Assembly (NCBI GenBank): GCA_043812935.1
Contig: JBDRLO010000024.1
Coordinates: 9,295-73,294 of the forward strand
From: Candidatus Omnitrophota bacterium
GTDB taxonomy: Bacteria > Omnitrophota > Gorgyraeia > Tantalellales > Tantalellaceae
DNA: 64,000 nucleotides
Direction: 5' to 3'
The translations under genes were made by a program, and so were the position numbers. Of this stretch, positions 28,250 to 38,673 are shown piece by piece (positions within the stretch are counted from its first letter, which is position 1; every line of letters starts with the position of its first letter). The notes beneath the pieces were generated by a model. It saw only the letters and a program-made list of their open reading frames with translations. It ran no database searches and was not told the DNA's origin.

Positions 28250-30004
28250 ATGGGAAGATATTCGCAGGAACTTATTGACCAGATACTTGATCGGTTGGAT
28301 ATAGTTGAAATAATAGCAGGTTATATAGGGCTTAAACGGGCGGGTAGAAATTTTAAATCGAATTGTCCGTTTCATAATGAAAAGACACCTTCTTTTGTTG
28401 TAAGCCCTGAAAAACAGATTTATCATTGTTTTGGATGCGGTGCCGGCGGTAATGCAATCGGGTTTGTGATGAAGTACGAAAATTTGACTTTCCCCGAAAC
28501 AATTATCGTCTTGGCAAATAAGGCAGGAGTTGAGCTTCCCCAATTGGAAAAGTTTAGTTCACAGGAAGACTCAATAACAGCGAAACTTTATGAAGTAAAC
28601 AAATTAGCGGCAGCATTTTTTCAGACATCTTTAAAAAGTGATGAGGGCAAAAAGGCGCAGGTTTATCTTAAAGCGAGAGATATTAGTTTTGAATCGGTAA
28701 AAAGATTTAAAATCGGATACGCGCTTTCAGGATGGGATAATTTCAGGAAGTATTGTGAAAAAAAGAAAATATCCGTAGAAGTTTTAAGAAAAGCAGGATT
28801 GGTTATTCCCGGGAAAAAAGGTGATTATGACAGGTTTCGTAAACGTATAATGTTTCCGATTTATAATGAACGGGGGCATATTGCAGCTTTCGGCGGACGG
28901 GTAATGGATGATTCTTTGCCGAAGTATATTAATTCGCCGGAAACGCCCGTTTACGTCAAAAGCAATGTGTTATATGGCCTGAATTTCAGTAAAAAAGGAA
29001 TTAGGGAAAACGGTTGTGTAATAATAGTAGAGGGATATCTGGATGTTATTGTGCCGTTTCAGTTTGGAATAACAAATGTTGTCGCAGCGTCCGGAACAGC
29101 TTTGACTTCGCGACAGGCCAGTATGCTTAAAAAGTATACTGATACCGCTGTAATGGTTTTTGATTCGGATCAAGCCGGAGAAGCGGCAAGCCTGCGAGGT
29201 TTGGATATTTTAATTGAGAATGAAATGAAGGTAAGGATAGCCAGACTGCCGGAAGGTGCTGACCCGGATAGTTATGTGCGTAAAAACGGAAAAGAAAAGT
29301 TTGAACTTTTAATCAAAAACGCGAAAGAATTATTTGACTATAAATTAGAGCTATTAGTAAAAAAATTTGGGATCAATAACGTTGGCGATATTGCTGCGGA
29401 GATGCTCCCGACAATATCCAAAGTTGTTAATGCGGTAGTAAAAGCTGATTATATCAGGAAACTTGCGGGATATTTAAGAGTCCCAGAAAACTCATTGCGC
29501 CAGGAATTAAAAAAAGTTAAGCCGGAGTATTCCTATAAATCTTTGTTGCAGGCGGAAACAAAGAAAAAAAAGCGTACGCATATAAAAAGTGAACTGCATC
29601 TTTTAGGGCTTGCGGTTGTGGATGTAACGGTGTTTCGTTTGATCCAGGAAGAATTGGGGTTGGATAAATTCAGGGATGAAACTGTAATAAAGATATTAAA
29701 TATTATCAGTGATTTTTTTGAAAACGGCGCGATGAATATACCGCCCAGCAAAATTTTAGCGCGAATACAGGATGATGAGGACGCGAATGGAGTATTATTT
29801 GAAGCCTTAAATAAGGCCGAAATAACGGAAGAACCCTTAAAGGCAGCTCGTGAATGTATAACGTATATATTAAAAGAAAACAAGAAAACCGCGTTAAGTG
29901 AGCTTACATATCAATTAAAAAAAGCTCAGGAAGTAAACGATAATAGCGCTGTAAACGATTTGATATTAAAAATAAACAAGCTTCATAAAGAGAAAGTTAT
30001 ATGA
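28250..30004 (+). CDS. dnaG: DNA primase
   Basis: CHC4 zinc ribbon [11 protein letters not shown]...YHCFGCG, TOPRIM domain (IVEGYLDVI), 584 aa. Confidence 0.95.
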   Translation: MGRYSQELIDQILDRLDIVEIIAGYIGLKRAGRNFKSNCPFHNEKTPSFVVSPEKQIYHCFGCGAGGNAIGFVMKYENLTFPETIIVLANKAGVELPQLEKFSSQEDSITAKLYEVNKLAAAFFQTSLKSDEGKKAQVYLKARDISFESVKRFKIGYALSGWDNFRKYCEKKKISVEVLRKAGLVIPGKKGDYDRFRKRIMFPIYNERGHIAAFGGRVMDDSLPKYINSPETPVYVKSNVLYGLNFSKKGIRENGCVIIVEGYLDVIVPFQFGITNVVAASGTALTSRQASMLKKYTDTAVMVFDSDQAGEAASLRGLDILIENEMKVRIARLPEGADPDSYVRKNGKEKFELLIKNAKELFDYKLELLVKKFGINNVGDIAAEMLPTISKVVNAVVKADYIRKLAGYLRVPENSLRQELKKVKPEYSYKSLLQAETKKKKRTHIKSELHLLGLAVVDVTVFRLIQEELGLDKFRDETVIKILNIISDFFENGAMNIPPSKILARIQDDEDANGVLFEALNKAEITEEPLKAARECITYILKENKKTALSELTYQLKKAQEVNDNSAVNDLILKINKLHKEKVI

Positions 30005-31665
30005 TTATGCCTAAACGACGAAAGCAAATAAAACGGGCAGTAAAAAAAGTTTCAGACGCGCGAAAAAATAAAAAAAGCAGTGTTGAGCCACAAGACACTG
30101 AAACAGCGCCGGAACTTAAATCGTCCAAAAAGTCAGCTATGGTACGGGAACTTATCCGGGTGGGAAAAGATAAAGGGTATCTTAGTTATGATGAAGTAAA
30201 TGATATTCTTCCTGAAGAGGTTGTGTCTTCTGATGAAATTGATGAAGTAATCGCGACGTTGCAGGACGAAGATATCCGTTTAGTTGAGTCAGAGGATGAA
30301 GAAGAAAGAATTCCGCTTGCGGTGAAAAGAGGCCAGAAAAAAGTAAAAGTACGAAAATTTGTTCAGATTGATGATCCTGTTAAAATGTATCTGAAACAAA
30401 TGGGACAAATACCTTTGTTAAGCCGCAGTGAAGAATTAGATCTTGCAAAAAGAATAAAGAGTAAAGAAAAAGAATTTAAAGAGATAGTTTTCACTATAAG
30501 ATTCGCCCGCGACTTGGCTTTGGAAGAGATTGAAGATGCGTTGGATAACGATTATAACCTGGATGAAGTTTTAGACGTTGATCCGGGATATGACCCTGAA
30601 AAACTGGAAAAACAAAAACGTCAACTCATTAAACGTATACGTATTTCAAAAAAACCTGATACAATTCAAGAGCTTATCTCTAAACTCAAAATAGCGGTTA
30701 TTCTTGCTGAAAAAGTCGCAGAAGATATAATGCATCCGCTTGAAGAAGCCAGAAGAGCTAAAAATAAAATTGATAAACTAAAAGAGGAAAAGAAAAAATC
30801 AAAAAAATGTAAAGCGGAACTTAAAAAACAACAAAGTATTTTGCGGCCGCTTGTCAGGAAACTCGGAAGAACAAGTGAAGAAGTAAAAGAAGATGTTTCT
30901 GTGTTAAAACAAATTGAAATGGAATATACGAAGTCGAAAAAAGAACTTGTTGCCGCGAATTTACGTTTAGTTGTCAGTATCGCCAAAAAGTATACAAACC
31001 GCGGGCTTTCTTTTCTGGATCTGATACAAGAAGGAAATATGGGGTTAATGAAAGCGGTTGATAAGTTTGAATATGAAAGGGGATATAAATTCAGCACCTA
31101 TGCTACATGGTGGATACGCCAGGCAATAACTAGGTCAATAGCTGATCAGTCTCGAACTATCCGGATTCCGGTACATATGACGGAAACAATAAATAAATTG
31201 GTGCGTGTTTCCCGTAGTCTTGTTCAGGAGAACGGACGGGAACCAAGTCCTGAAGAAGTCGCGTCCGCGATGAAAATACCGGTTGAAAAAGTCAGAGGCA
31301 TAATAAAAATTGCACAGCATCCGATATCCCTAGAAACACCTATCGGAGATGAAGGGGATACGAGTTTTGGCGATTTCATTGAAGATAAATCCGCGATTTC
31401 CCCGGCAAATGCTACGGCCTACGCAATGTTGAAAGAACAGATGGACGAGGTTTTAGAAACGTTGACGGATAGGGAACGCCGGGTATTAACTCTGCGTTTT
31501 GGTATCGGAGACGGTTATCCGCGTACGCTTGAAGAAGTTGGTAAAATATTCAGCGTAACGCGAGAACGGGTCCGGCAAATTGAAGCAAAAGCGTTAAAAA
31601 AATTAAGGCATCCTATTCGCGCGAAAAAATTGAAAAATTTTCTTGATATGGGTTTTTCAGAGTAG
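30001..31665 (+). CDS. rpoD: RNA polymerase primary sigma factor (sigma-70)
   Basis: regions 1.1, 2 ([12 protein letters not shown]) and 4.2 ([18 protein letters not shown]); overlaps dnaG stop (dnaG-rpoD operon). Confidence 0.95.
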   Translation: MIMPKRRKQIKRAVKKVSDARKNKKSSVEPQDTETAPELKSSKKSAMVRELIRVGKDKGYLSYDEVNDILPEEVVSSDEIDEVIATLQDEDIRLVESEDEEERIPLAVKRGQKKVKVRKFVQIDDPVKMYLKQMGQIPLLSRSEELDLAKRIKSKEKEFKEIVFTIRFARDLALEEIEDALDNDYNLDEVLDVDPGYDPEKLEKQKRQLIKRIRISKKPDTIQELISKLKIAVILAEKVAEDIMHPLEEARRAKNKIDKLKEEKKKSKKCKAELKKQQSILRPLVRKLGRTSEEVKEDVSVLKQIEMEYTKSKKELVAANLRLVVSIAKKYTNRGLSFLDLIQEGNMGLMKAVDKFEYERGYKFSTYATWWIRQAITRSIADQSRTIRIPVHMTETINKLVRVSRSLVQENGREPSPEEVASAMKIPVEKVRGIIKIAQHPISLETPIGDEGDTSFGDFIEDKSAISPANATAYAMLKEQMDEVLETLTDRERRVLTLRFGIGDGYPRTLEEVGKIFSVTRERVRQIEAKALKKLRHPIRAKKLKNFLDMGFSE

Positions 31666-31706
31666 ATATAATGACAACATAAATTAACTAAACTAAGGAG
31701 AAAACA

Positions 31707-31934
31707 ATGGGAGATAAGAAAATAGAGCTTTTTATCCCAGGAGAACTGAAAGAAGAACCGATTCTTTATTATATGATAAAGAATTTTGATGTGAGTATTA
31801 AAATTATTGAAGCGTCTTTTTCAACGGAAAGCGGATGGGCTTACCTTATTATTAATGGTAAAGATCCTGAAATTAATAAATTGTTTAGTTTTCTTAAAGA
31901 AAAACATATAAGTGTGGAAGTAAAGGAAAAGTGA
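31707..31934 (+). CDS. NIL-domain small protein
   Basis: 75 aa; NIL-like pattern (IKIIEASFSTESGWAYLIINGKDPEINK). Confidence 0.45.
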   Translation: MGDKKIELFIPGELKEEPILYYMIKNFDVSIKIIEASFSTESGWAYLIINGKDPEINKLFSFLKEKHISVEVKEK

Positions 31935-32677
31935 AAATAGTAAGGTGTTTTTATGCTGATACGCTGTATAAGGGCGTGTTAGAAGAAGATGATATAATAG
32001 TACAGGAAAAAAGTGGAAGAGAACGCCGCATTAAGCGGGATGATGTGTTATTATTAGCGCCTGTGACTCCATCAAAGATTGTTTCTGTGGGATTAAACTA
32101 TCGTTCGCATGCCGAGGAATTGGGTATGTCCATTCCTGAAAACCCGATTATATTTATCAAACCGGCAACTGCAGTTATTGGCCCGGGAGATGCGATAATA
32201 TATCCTAAAACTGCTCAAAGAGTTGATTATGAAGCTGAACTTGCTGTGGTTATTAAAAAAGAGGCAAAAAATGTCAGTGCTGCTGACGCGCAAAAATATA
32301 TAGAAGGATACACTTGTTTTAATGATGTTACGGCTAGAGATTTACAAAAAAAAGATGTGCAATGGACTCGGGCGAAATCTTTTGATACTTTTGCGCCTAT
32401 TGGGCCGTGGATCGAAACGGAGATTGAGCCGAGTGCCTTGCAAGTGCGAGCGTATGTTAACGGGAACTTGAAACAAAATTCGAATACAAGGGAATTTATA
32501 TTCAAAATCCCCCAACTGATGGAATTTATTTCAGGCATAATGACTCTGCTTCCTGGGGATGTTATTGCTACCGGAACGCCGTCAAATATTGGACCTATTG
32601 TTCCGGGAGATAAAGTTATTATCGAAATTGAGGGTATTGGTAGATTGGAAAACCATGTTCAGTCAGAGTCAGCATAG
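31931..32677 (+). CDS. fumarylacetoacetate hydrolase (FAH) family protein
   Basis: FAH-fold motifs (NYRSHAEE, YEAELAVVI, GTPSNIGPI). Confidence 0.8.
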   Translation: MKIVRCFYADTLYKGVLEEDDIIVQEKSGRERRIKRDDVLLLAPVTPSKIVSVGLNYRSHAEELGMSIPENPIIFIKPATAVIGPGDAIIYPKTAQRVDYEAELAVVIKKEAKNVSAADAQKYIEGYTCFNDVTARDLQKKDVQWTRAKSFDTFAPIGPWIETEIEPSALQVRAYVNGNLKQNSNTREFIFKIPQLMEFISGIMTLLPGDVIATGTPSNIGPIVPGDKVIIEIEGIGRLENHVQSESA

Positions 32678-32683
32678 GTACAT

Positions 32684-33124
32684 ATGAAAATAGTTTTGCA
32701 AAGAGTAAAAAGCGCGGAAGTAAAAGTTGGGGCTGAGCTTGTGGCATCAATCGGTAAAGGGTTTTTATTACTGGTAGGGATACGAAAAGGTGATACAGTT
32801 CAAACTTGCGCGCAAATGGCACGCAAGATCAGCACTTTGCGTATTTTTGAAGATACTGCCGGGAAAATGAACCTCGATATTAAACAAGTCTTTGGAGAGA
32901 TATTGAGCGTTCCTCAATTTACACTTTTAGCAAATGTTGACAAAGGCAATAGGCCTGGATTTGATAATGCGGCTGATCCCGAAAACGCCAAAGATTTGTG
33001 GCATAAGTTTAACCAGAAACTGATAGAAAATGGGATTAAAGTTTTTGAAGGAGTGTTTGCCAGTCATATGCATATAAGCTTAGTGAATGACGGGCCGGTT
33101 ACATTTGTGATTGATTCTCCGTAA
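32684..33124 (+). CDS. dtd: D-aminoacyl-tRNA deacylase
   Basis: N-terminus MKIVLQRV, C-terminal NDGPVTFVID (SQFGA/NxGPVT-type motif), 146 aa. Confidence 0.85.
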   Translation: MKIVLQRVKSAEVKVGAELVASIGKGFLLLVGIRKGDTVQTCAQMARKISTLRIFEDTAGKMNLDIKQVFGEILSVPQFTLLANVDKGNRPGFDNAADPENAKDLWHKFNQKLIENGIKVFEGVFASHMHISLVNDGPVTFVIDSP

Positions 33125-33212
33125 GTTTTAATTTAATATAAACTAAACAAGTTGGCGGAACGTCCTACGCTAAACTAATATTTATTTATGATGAAGGCAG
33201 AAAGGAAGCAGG

Positions 33213-33707
33213 ATGCTTTTACATAAACATATTCGAAATATTATAATAGCCTTAGTATTCTTAATGACGTGTCTTTTATTTATGGGCAGATCCTATGCAG
33301 ATATATCCATGGATAGTGATGGTATGGCAATTAGTTTGCCATTAGGGGCGAACTTAGAGGAATCGATGCAGGATTTATGTCCTGAAGGTATAAATGTTAT
33401 CGGGATGTTTATGGCGCTATGGAGCCAGTCTAATTATGCCGGCATGTATGAGCTTATCGATGATAAAAGCAAGGAGAACTATTCGTTTGAACAGGCAAAA
33501 TTAGATTTTCAATTTATGGAATTTAAGTTCTACACAATTAGCGCTATAAAAAAGCAGGGTGAAAATTTTGAATTTTTTTTAACTCATGGGGATTGGAAGA
33601 GCGGGGATAAAGATTTAAGAAAAATACTGCTTAACGGTAGAACTTTTAAAATTATTATGTTGAATAGGGGTGAACTTTTAAAAAAATCAGTAGACTGTTA
33701 TTTCTGA
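33213..33707 (+). CDS. hypothetical secreted protein
   Basis: N-terminal signal-like hydrophobic segment; no known motif. Confidence 0.35.
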   Translation: MLLHKHIRNIIIALVFLMTCLLFMGRSYADISMDSDGMAISLPLGANLEESMQDLCPEGINVIGMFMALWSQSNYAGMYELIDDKSKENYSFEQAKLDFQFMEFKFYTISAIKKQGENFEFFLTHGDWKSGDKDLRKILLNGRTFKIIMLNRGELLKKSVDCYF

Positions 33708-33730
33708 TAAAATAGGGAGGAGATGTAAAA

Positions 33731-34945
33731 ATGGAAAAAATAAGAAATATTGGCGTTATTACTTCAGGCGGAGATTGCGGCGGGCTAAACGCGGTTGTTA
33801 AAGGCGCGGCGGCAATGGCGAACAGCATAGGAGTAAAGTGTTTTGTTATTCCAAATGGATATGCAGGGCTTTATAATCTGATTGATTTTGAAGAGTTAAC
33901 GGAACTTACTCTGGAACGTATAGATCTGATCAACGTGAATAGGTCAGGCTCTGAAGCCGGGCATTCCAGAGTCAAGATTAAGAAAATAGAAGATGCGAAT
34001 AAATATGAGAGGATTAAAGAAGGGCTGAAGAAGTTTAATATTGACGCGCTTGTGATTAGCGGTGGCGATGATTCAGGCAGTGTAATGGTGGATTTATATA
34101 AAAACGGAATAAAATGTATACACGTTCCGAAAACAATGGATCTAGATTTACAAACATATTCAGTTGGCGGGGATTCTACAATTAATAAAATTGCGGTGTA
34201 TTTGGATGAATTAAAAACTACGGGGCGCACTCATAACCGTGTAATTGTATTGGAAGTTTTTGGCAGATACGCCGGGCATACGGCTTTTCGTAGCGGTATT
34301 GCCGCGGACGCGGACGCGATTCTTATTCCGGAAATTCCCGTAAATTTTGATGAGCTGTACGTGCATGTTAAACAAAAACTGACAGATCGTATTATTCGCA
34401 GCGACGTTCATGCCGGCACATATTTGATTGTTGTTGCGGAAGGATTACGAGATGCCAGCGGCGCGGAAATTGTTGATGAAAGTGCCGGGGTCGATTCGTT
34501 CGGTCATAAAAAATTGGCAGGCGCGGGAAAATATGTGTGCCAAGAAATCAAGAAGCGTTTTAAAGCGGATAAAGATATAATTGATTTTATGAAAAAGACT
34601 CATCTTTATGTTGAAAAAATTTATGAAATTCCGGAAGTACGCGCAGTAACCCCCGGACACCTGGTTCGATGCGGGCGAAGTTCCGCGTATGATGTAAATT
34701 TTGGCAAAGAAGTCGGCGCAGCGGCTGTTTCTCTTTTAGCGGGAAACATTGCCGGAGTTACGATGGTTGATGTTAAAGGGAGTGAAGTACGTTATATTTC
34801 CGCGGAAAAAGCAATTGAACAGAGATTTGTAGATTTAGATCAGGTAAGTTTGCATGAACAGCTGGGGATATGTTTCGGGCGAAAACAGAAAACATATAAA
34901 CCCTCGTTTAAAGAACTTAAGGATTCGCCTGAGAGATATATGTAA
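33731..34945 (+). CDS. pfk: 6-phosphofructokinase, pyrophosphate-dependent-type signature
   Basis: GVITSGGDCGGLNAV, GGDDSGS (Asp rather than Gly at the ATP/PPi-discriminating position) and PKTMDLD (Lys at the second discriminating position). Confidence 0.8.
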   Translation: MEKIRNIGVITSGGDCGGLNAVVKGAAAMANSIGVKCFVIPNGYAGLYNLIDFEELTELTLERIDLINVNRSGSEAGHSRVKIKKIEDANKYERIKEGLKKFNIDALVISGGDDSGSVMVDLYKNGIKCIHVPKTMDLDLQTYSVGGDSTINKIAVYLDELKTTGRTHNRVIVLEVFGRYAGHTAFRSGIAADADAILIPEIPVNFDELYVHVKQKLTDRIIRSDVHAGTYLIVVAEGLRDASGAEIVDESAGVDSFGHKKLAGAGKYVCQEIKKRFKADKDIIDFMKKTHLYVEKIYEIPEVRAVTPGHLVRCGRSSAYDVNFGKEVGAAAVSLLAGNIAGVTMVDVKGSEVRYISAEKAIEQRFVDLDQVSLHEQLGICFGRKQKTYKPSFKELKDSPERYM

Positions 34946-35031
34946 TATTGTGCAGGGTAAAGTGCGGGTTTTATTCTATGCTGTTTGCGGAGTGTGTGAA
35001 AATTATTGCCTAAAAATGAGTATGCTGCCTT

Positions 35032-35388
35032 ATGATTACTGACGATAAACGCGCGTTTAAAAGGGTTCCATGTAAAATGACCGTAAAGGTTATCCGTATT
35101 GAAAAGAAAGGTTTTCCTGAAAGCCTTTCAGTGACGGAGAATATCAGCTTGGGCGGTTTGTATTTTGCGAGTTTACAAAAACTTGAGATTGGTGAAAAAA
35201 TCGAATGCCGCATAAAACTGCCCAATGCGCCGGATGAAAACAAATGGACAGGTAGAGTTGTCCGTTGCGAGAAAAATGAAGACGGGATAATTGATACATT
35301 TGGTGTTGCAATTGAATTTTTAAAGTCATTCAAATCTTCAGATTCTTTTTTAAAACAAATATTAACTGTTTTAAAAAAACACGCTTAA
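35032..35388 (+). CDS. stand-alone PilZ domain protein
   Basis: RxxxR (KRAFKRV) and ENISLGGLYF (D/NxSxxG) motifs. Confidence 0.6.
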   Translation: MITDDKRAFKRVPCKMTVKVIRIEKKGFPESLSVTENISLGGLYFASLQKLEIGEKIECRIKLPNAPDENKWTGRVVRCEKNEDGIIDTFGVAIEFLKSFKSSDSFLKQILTVLKKHA

Positions 35389-35679
35389 ACAAAAAAATTT
35401 CAAAAAAATAATTATTAAAATTTTTTTTATTCATTTTTATTTTAGCAAGGGGGAATAAAGGTTTTTTTATTTATGCGCTCTAATGCCTGTGGTTTAAGGC
35501 GTATAGCAAGATGTCTATATTTCTAAAATTCAAATGTTAATGTGAGTTCGCCGCGGCAAGTATATGATGAAAAAAAATTATCTTAAGCCTTGCAAAACAA
35601 AAAAAATAATGTATATTTAAAACAAAAGAGTCGCATATAAATAGTTTTTTGATTTAGAGTTTTAACGAAGGGAGGCGAG

Positions 35680-35799
35680 ATGGTTGTAAAGAAAAAGAAA
35701 AAGGTTGCGAAGAAAAAAGTTGCGAAGAAAAAGGTTGCGAAGAAAAAAGTTGCGAAGAAAAAGGTTGCGAAGAAAAAAGTTGCGAAGAAAAAGAAATAA
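35680..35799 (+). CDS. 39-aa lysine-rich (KKKVA)x6 repeat protein, histone-H1/Hc1-like composition
   Basis: strong RBS gggagg 7 nt upstream of ATG, six 15-nt repeats encoding VAKKK, immediately followed by a perfect rho-independent terminator; ORF track only shows the antisense artefact. Confidence 0.55.
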   Translation: MVVKKKKKVAKKKVAKKKVAKKKVAKKKVAKKKVAKKKK

Positions 35800-35825
35800 G
35801 CAACAACCTTGAGATTTTTAAAAAG

Positions 35826-35856
35826 GGACGGTGGATTCACCGTCCCTTTTTATTTG
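35826..35856 (+). terminator. rho-independent terminator
   Basis: gggacggtg-gatt-caccgtccc followed by tttttattt. Confidence 0.75.
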
Positions 35857-35860
35857 TATG

Positions 35861-35910
35861 ATAAATAGGACATCTACCTATTAATTCAACCGGGAGCTGT
35901 CCTATTTACT
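35861..35910. repeat. inverted pair of IS-terminus-like motifs (ATGTCCTATTTA)
   Basis: aaataggacat (reverse-complement orientation) and tgtcctattta about 25 bp apart; same 11-12 nt core as the inner terminal repeat of the IS at 11452-12926. Confidence 0.45.
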
Positions 35911-36143
35911 GGCTAATGCTGGCTGAGTTATTTCAAAATAAACCAAACCCCAGCTATGATAGGTGGCATAAATGACCAGTTTTTTTGGTTTATTATAGCA
36001 GAAATGGGTTAGGTAGAAAAAAGTTTGCTCACTTCCTTTTTCTTCGCTTAATATTATGCTATACTTTAGGTAGATGAAGAACAATGAAAGTAGCCTTAAG
36101 TTTAGTGTTTTTAGGCATTAAGAGCTTAAAGTAGGGGCAAAGT

Positions 36144-36347
36144 ATGAAAAAGTTGCTGCTCGTCTTATGCTTGTGTTTGACAATGTGCACAGTGCAATTG
36201 AGTTATTTGGAAATTGCGGATGCTGCAACATTGCGGTCAGATTCTAAGTTTGTTTCTCGCATTGGAAACAAGCGTAAGGGGCTTTTAACTATGTCTCAGA
36301 AAAAAAGAAACTTTCCTAAAAAGGCAAAAAGTTCTTCAAAACGATAA
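36144..36347 (+). CDS. small secreted basic protein (hypothetical)
   Basis: signal peptide MKKLLLVLCLCLTMCTV, Lys/Arg-rich C-terminus. Confidence 0.25.
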   Translation: MKKLLLVLCLCLTMCTVQLSYLEIADAATLRSDSKFVSRIGNKRKGLLTMSQKKRNFPKKAKSSSKR

Positions 36348-36361
36348 CATTTTAATTGAGT

Positions 36362-36868
36362 TTATTCGGTAGTTTGGTTTACCAACTTAGAATTTTCATT
36401 TATAGCGTTACTTGTAAGTGTTAACAGGGATTCCGCGTGTTTTTTTGCCTGGATAATTTCATCAATAACTTGAGGGTCATTTGCTTCTTTTAATGTAGCA
36501 TCTAAGTATTCTATGTCGTAAACACACTGATTTTTGGTGAACGTGAGCCATTCATTTAAGATTTTAATTGCTTCTGAATTTGTTTCATTTCCAGTTGCGA
36601 TTGTGATCATTAGAATACGAAAATATGCTTCAATGGTTGTTAGAGTTGAAGTATTAAGTTCAAATATTCTTTCCAGAGTTCTTCTGTCATTTCCTGATGT
36701 TTTTTCAATTTTTTCGGGGAGAAGATTTCCTTGTTCTGTAATAGCGTCACGCAGGCTAAATAATTCCCCGACATGCATAAGTTCTTCAGAATAAAGCGGG
36801 GAACAGAAAGCTAGAGATATAATAAAACACGTTAACAAAATAATTTTTGTTGGTTTTAATCTCTTCAT
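36362..36868 (-). CDS. hypothetical secreted protein
   Basis: N-terminal signal peptide MKRLKPTKIILLTCFIISLAFCSPLYS; no motif. Confidence 0.4.
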   Translation of the reverse strand: MKRLKPTKIILLTCFIISLAFCSPLYSEELMHVGELFSLRDAITEQGNLLPEKIEKTSGNDRRTLERIFELNTSTLTTIEAYFRILMITIATGNETNSEAIKILNEWLTFTKNQCVYDIEYLDATLKEANDPQVIDEIIQAKKHAESLLTLTSNAINENSKLVNQTTE

Positions 36869-37090
36869 AAATTAAGACATTATTTAGATATTAATTTAAG
36901 TGTAATAATTACATTATTGTTCTATTCAATATATCATATTTTTCAAAAATTACAATACCAGAAGCATTAAAGACTGTTGCCGAAGCCGGATATTTCGTAA
37001 GGGCTTTTTCCTGTCGGGAGAGACTTAAAACAGCGGCCGTAATTTTTATCAGAATTTATTATTATTTTTACAATTATTATGACAATTATT

Positions 37091-37120
37091 ATGAAATCAC
37101 TTGTAAAAAATTTTAAAATT
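37091..37120 (+). promoter_or_regulatory. sigma70-like promoter for the tRNA operon (TTGTAA-18-TATAAT)
   Basis: near-consensus hexamers about 35 nt upstream of tRNA-Met. Confidence 0.5.
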
Positions 37121-37153
37121 ATGTTATAATGCGTAATCAAATTTTGACATGGC

Positions 37154-37230
37154 GGGGGCATAGCTCAAGTGGTTAGAGCAACTGACTCATAATCAGTAGG
37201 TTCATGGTTCGAGTCCATGTGCCCCCACCA
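37154..37230 (+). tRNA. tRNA-Met (anticodon CAT; elongator type, could alternatively be lysidine tRNA-Ile2)
   Basis: cloverleaf with G1:C72 pair, anticodon loop ctCATaa, no three consecutive G-C pairs in anticodon stem; T-loop GGTTCGAGTCC, CCA encoded. Confidence 0.8.
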
Positions 37231-37292
37231 GTACTTGTTTTGCGAATATATTATTATCCCGAAAAAGCAAATTGGAGCATTGGAGTATTGTT

Positions 37293-37369
37293 GGGCGCAT
37301 AGCTCAGCTGGTTAGAGCGCATGCCTCACATGCATGAGGTCGGAGGTTCGAGTCCCCCTGCGCCCACCA
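37293..37369 (+). tRNA. tRNA-Val (anticodon CAC)
   Basis: cloverleaf, anticodon stem catgc/gcatg with loop ctCACat, discriminator A, CCA encoded; one A-C mismatch in T-stem. Confidence 0.75.
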
Positions 37370-37537
37370 TGTGATATGTTGGTTAGCGGTTAGTTCGTAT
37401 AGAGTATATTGCACATTGTATATCATTTTTACGATGTAAATTGACATACCCTGTACGACATTCTATATATGATCTCGATTTATCAATATAATAAAAAATG
37501 GGATAAGGTAAAAATTTAAAGCATTGGACTAATTAAA

Positions 37538-38260
37538 ATGGAAAATAAAAATACTATTAAAGAACAAATAGGAAAATTGATTGAGGTTCAAGAACTGGAT
37601 TCTGAAAAGTTTGATTTAGAATCTCAAATTGAAATGTACCCTTCAAAAATCGAAGAATTAGATCAACTCTTGCAGTCAAAGAAAACACATATGTTAGAAT
37701 CAGAAGAAGAACTTAAAAAAATTCAGGTTTTAAAGGGAGATAAAGAAACCGAAATGATGGCAAAAGAGGAAAAAATTGCCAAACATAAAACAGACTTATA
37801 TCAGATAAAAAGTAATAAAGAATATTCGGCGCTTCAGCAGGAGATTAAAAGCATAGAAGCCGATGTGTCGTTGCTTGAGGAAGAAATAATAAATTGTTTT
37901 GATAAAATTGAGGACGTGCAGAAAATAAAAGACGAAGCAAAAGCTGTGTTTGAAACTGAAGCAAAAAAAATTGAGGAAGAAAAAAATAGTATTAAAGAGA
38001 AAGAAAAACAGCTTGCAGTAAAAATTTCTGAATTAGAAGCTAAAAGAAAAGAATTGATTTCCAGGGTGGATCCTTCAATATTAGAGCGATATGAGAGGAT
38101 TTTAAATAGTAAAGGTAAGTTAGCGATTGCTAAACTTAGCGGAGGTTTTTGCGGAGGGTGTAATATGCAGTTAAGGCCGCAGGTTATTAATGATGTGAAA
38201 CTTCAGAAAGACCTTGTCTTTTGTGAAAATTGCTCCAGGATACTTTATGTCGAAGAATGA
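37538..38260 (+). CDS. coiled-coil C4 zinc-ribbon protein (COG1579-like)
   Basis: long coiled-coil region then CGGCNMQL...CENCSRIL zinc ribbon; this family is commonly adjacent to rnhA. Confidence 0.6.
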   Translation: MENKNTIKEQIGKLIEVQELDSEKFDLESQIEMYPSKIEELDQLLQSKKTHMLESEEELKKIQVLKGDKETEMMAKEEKIAKHKTDLYQIKSNKEYSALQQEIKSIEADVSLLEEEIINCFDKIEDVQKIKDEAKAVFETEAKKIEEEKNSIKEKEKQLAVKISELEAKRKELISRVDPSILERYERILNSKGKLAIAKLSGGFCGGCNMQLRPQVINDVKLQKDLVFCENCSRILYVEE

Positions 38261-38669
38261 GACGGAGAGTTTAACAATATATACCGATGGCGGAGCAAGA
38301 GGTAACCCAGGGCCTGCCGGGATTGGTGCGGTTTTGTTTTCCGGGAAAACGAAAAAAGCGGAAATATCCAAATATATTGGACATGCTACAAATAATGTGG
38401 CAGAATATTTAGCAGTGGTATATGCTTTGCAGGAAGCGCTTTATATAGGAATTAAAAACATTGTATTAAAAGTCGACAGTCAGTTAGTTGCGAGGCAGCT
38501 CAGAGGGGAATATAAAGTAAGAGACATCAATATCCGCAAATTTTTTGATATAGTTGTTAGTTTACTGAGCAAGTTTGAGAATGTTGAAATTATCGAGATT
38601 CCAAGAGAAAAGAATAAGGAAGCCGATAAATTGGTTAATGATGCTATTGACTGTCATGTTATTATTTGA
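38247..38669 (+). CDS. rnhA: ribonuclease HI
   Basis: TDGGARGNPGPAGIG motif and RNase H fold residues; start more likely ATG at 38247 than at 38214. Confidence 0.85.
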   Translation: MSKNETESLTIYTDGGARGNPGPAGIGAVLFSGKTKKAEISKYIGHATNNVAEYLAVVYALQEALYIGIKNIVLKVDSQLVARQLRGEYKVRDINIRKFFDIVVSLLSKFENVEIIEIPREKNKEADKLVNDAIDCHVII

Positions 38670-38673
38670 TTTG

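Noticed and set aside
35690-35795. Regular 15-bp DNA repeats that look CRISPR-like or microsatellite-like
   Set aside because: Units are contiguous with no spacers and are in frame within a coding sequence (VAKKK repeats); no cas genes nearby
35583-35840. 85-aa minus-strand ORF with FFFATFFF repeats
   Set aside because: It is the antisense of the RBS-preceded, terminator-followed plus-strand (KKKVA)6 gene; the repetitive DNA creates an open antisense frame
37154-37230. Initiator tRNA-fMet
   Set aside because: Position 1 pairs with 72 (G:C) and the anticodon stem lacks three consecutive G-C pairs, so it is called elongator Met (or possibly Ile2) instead
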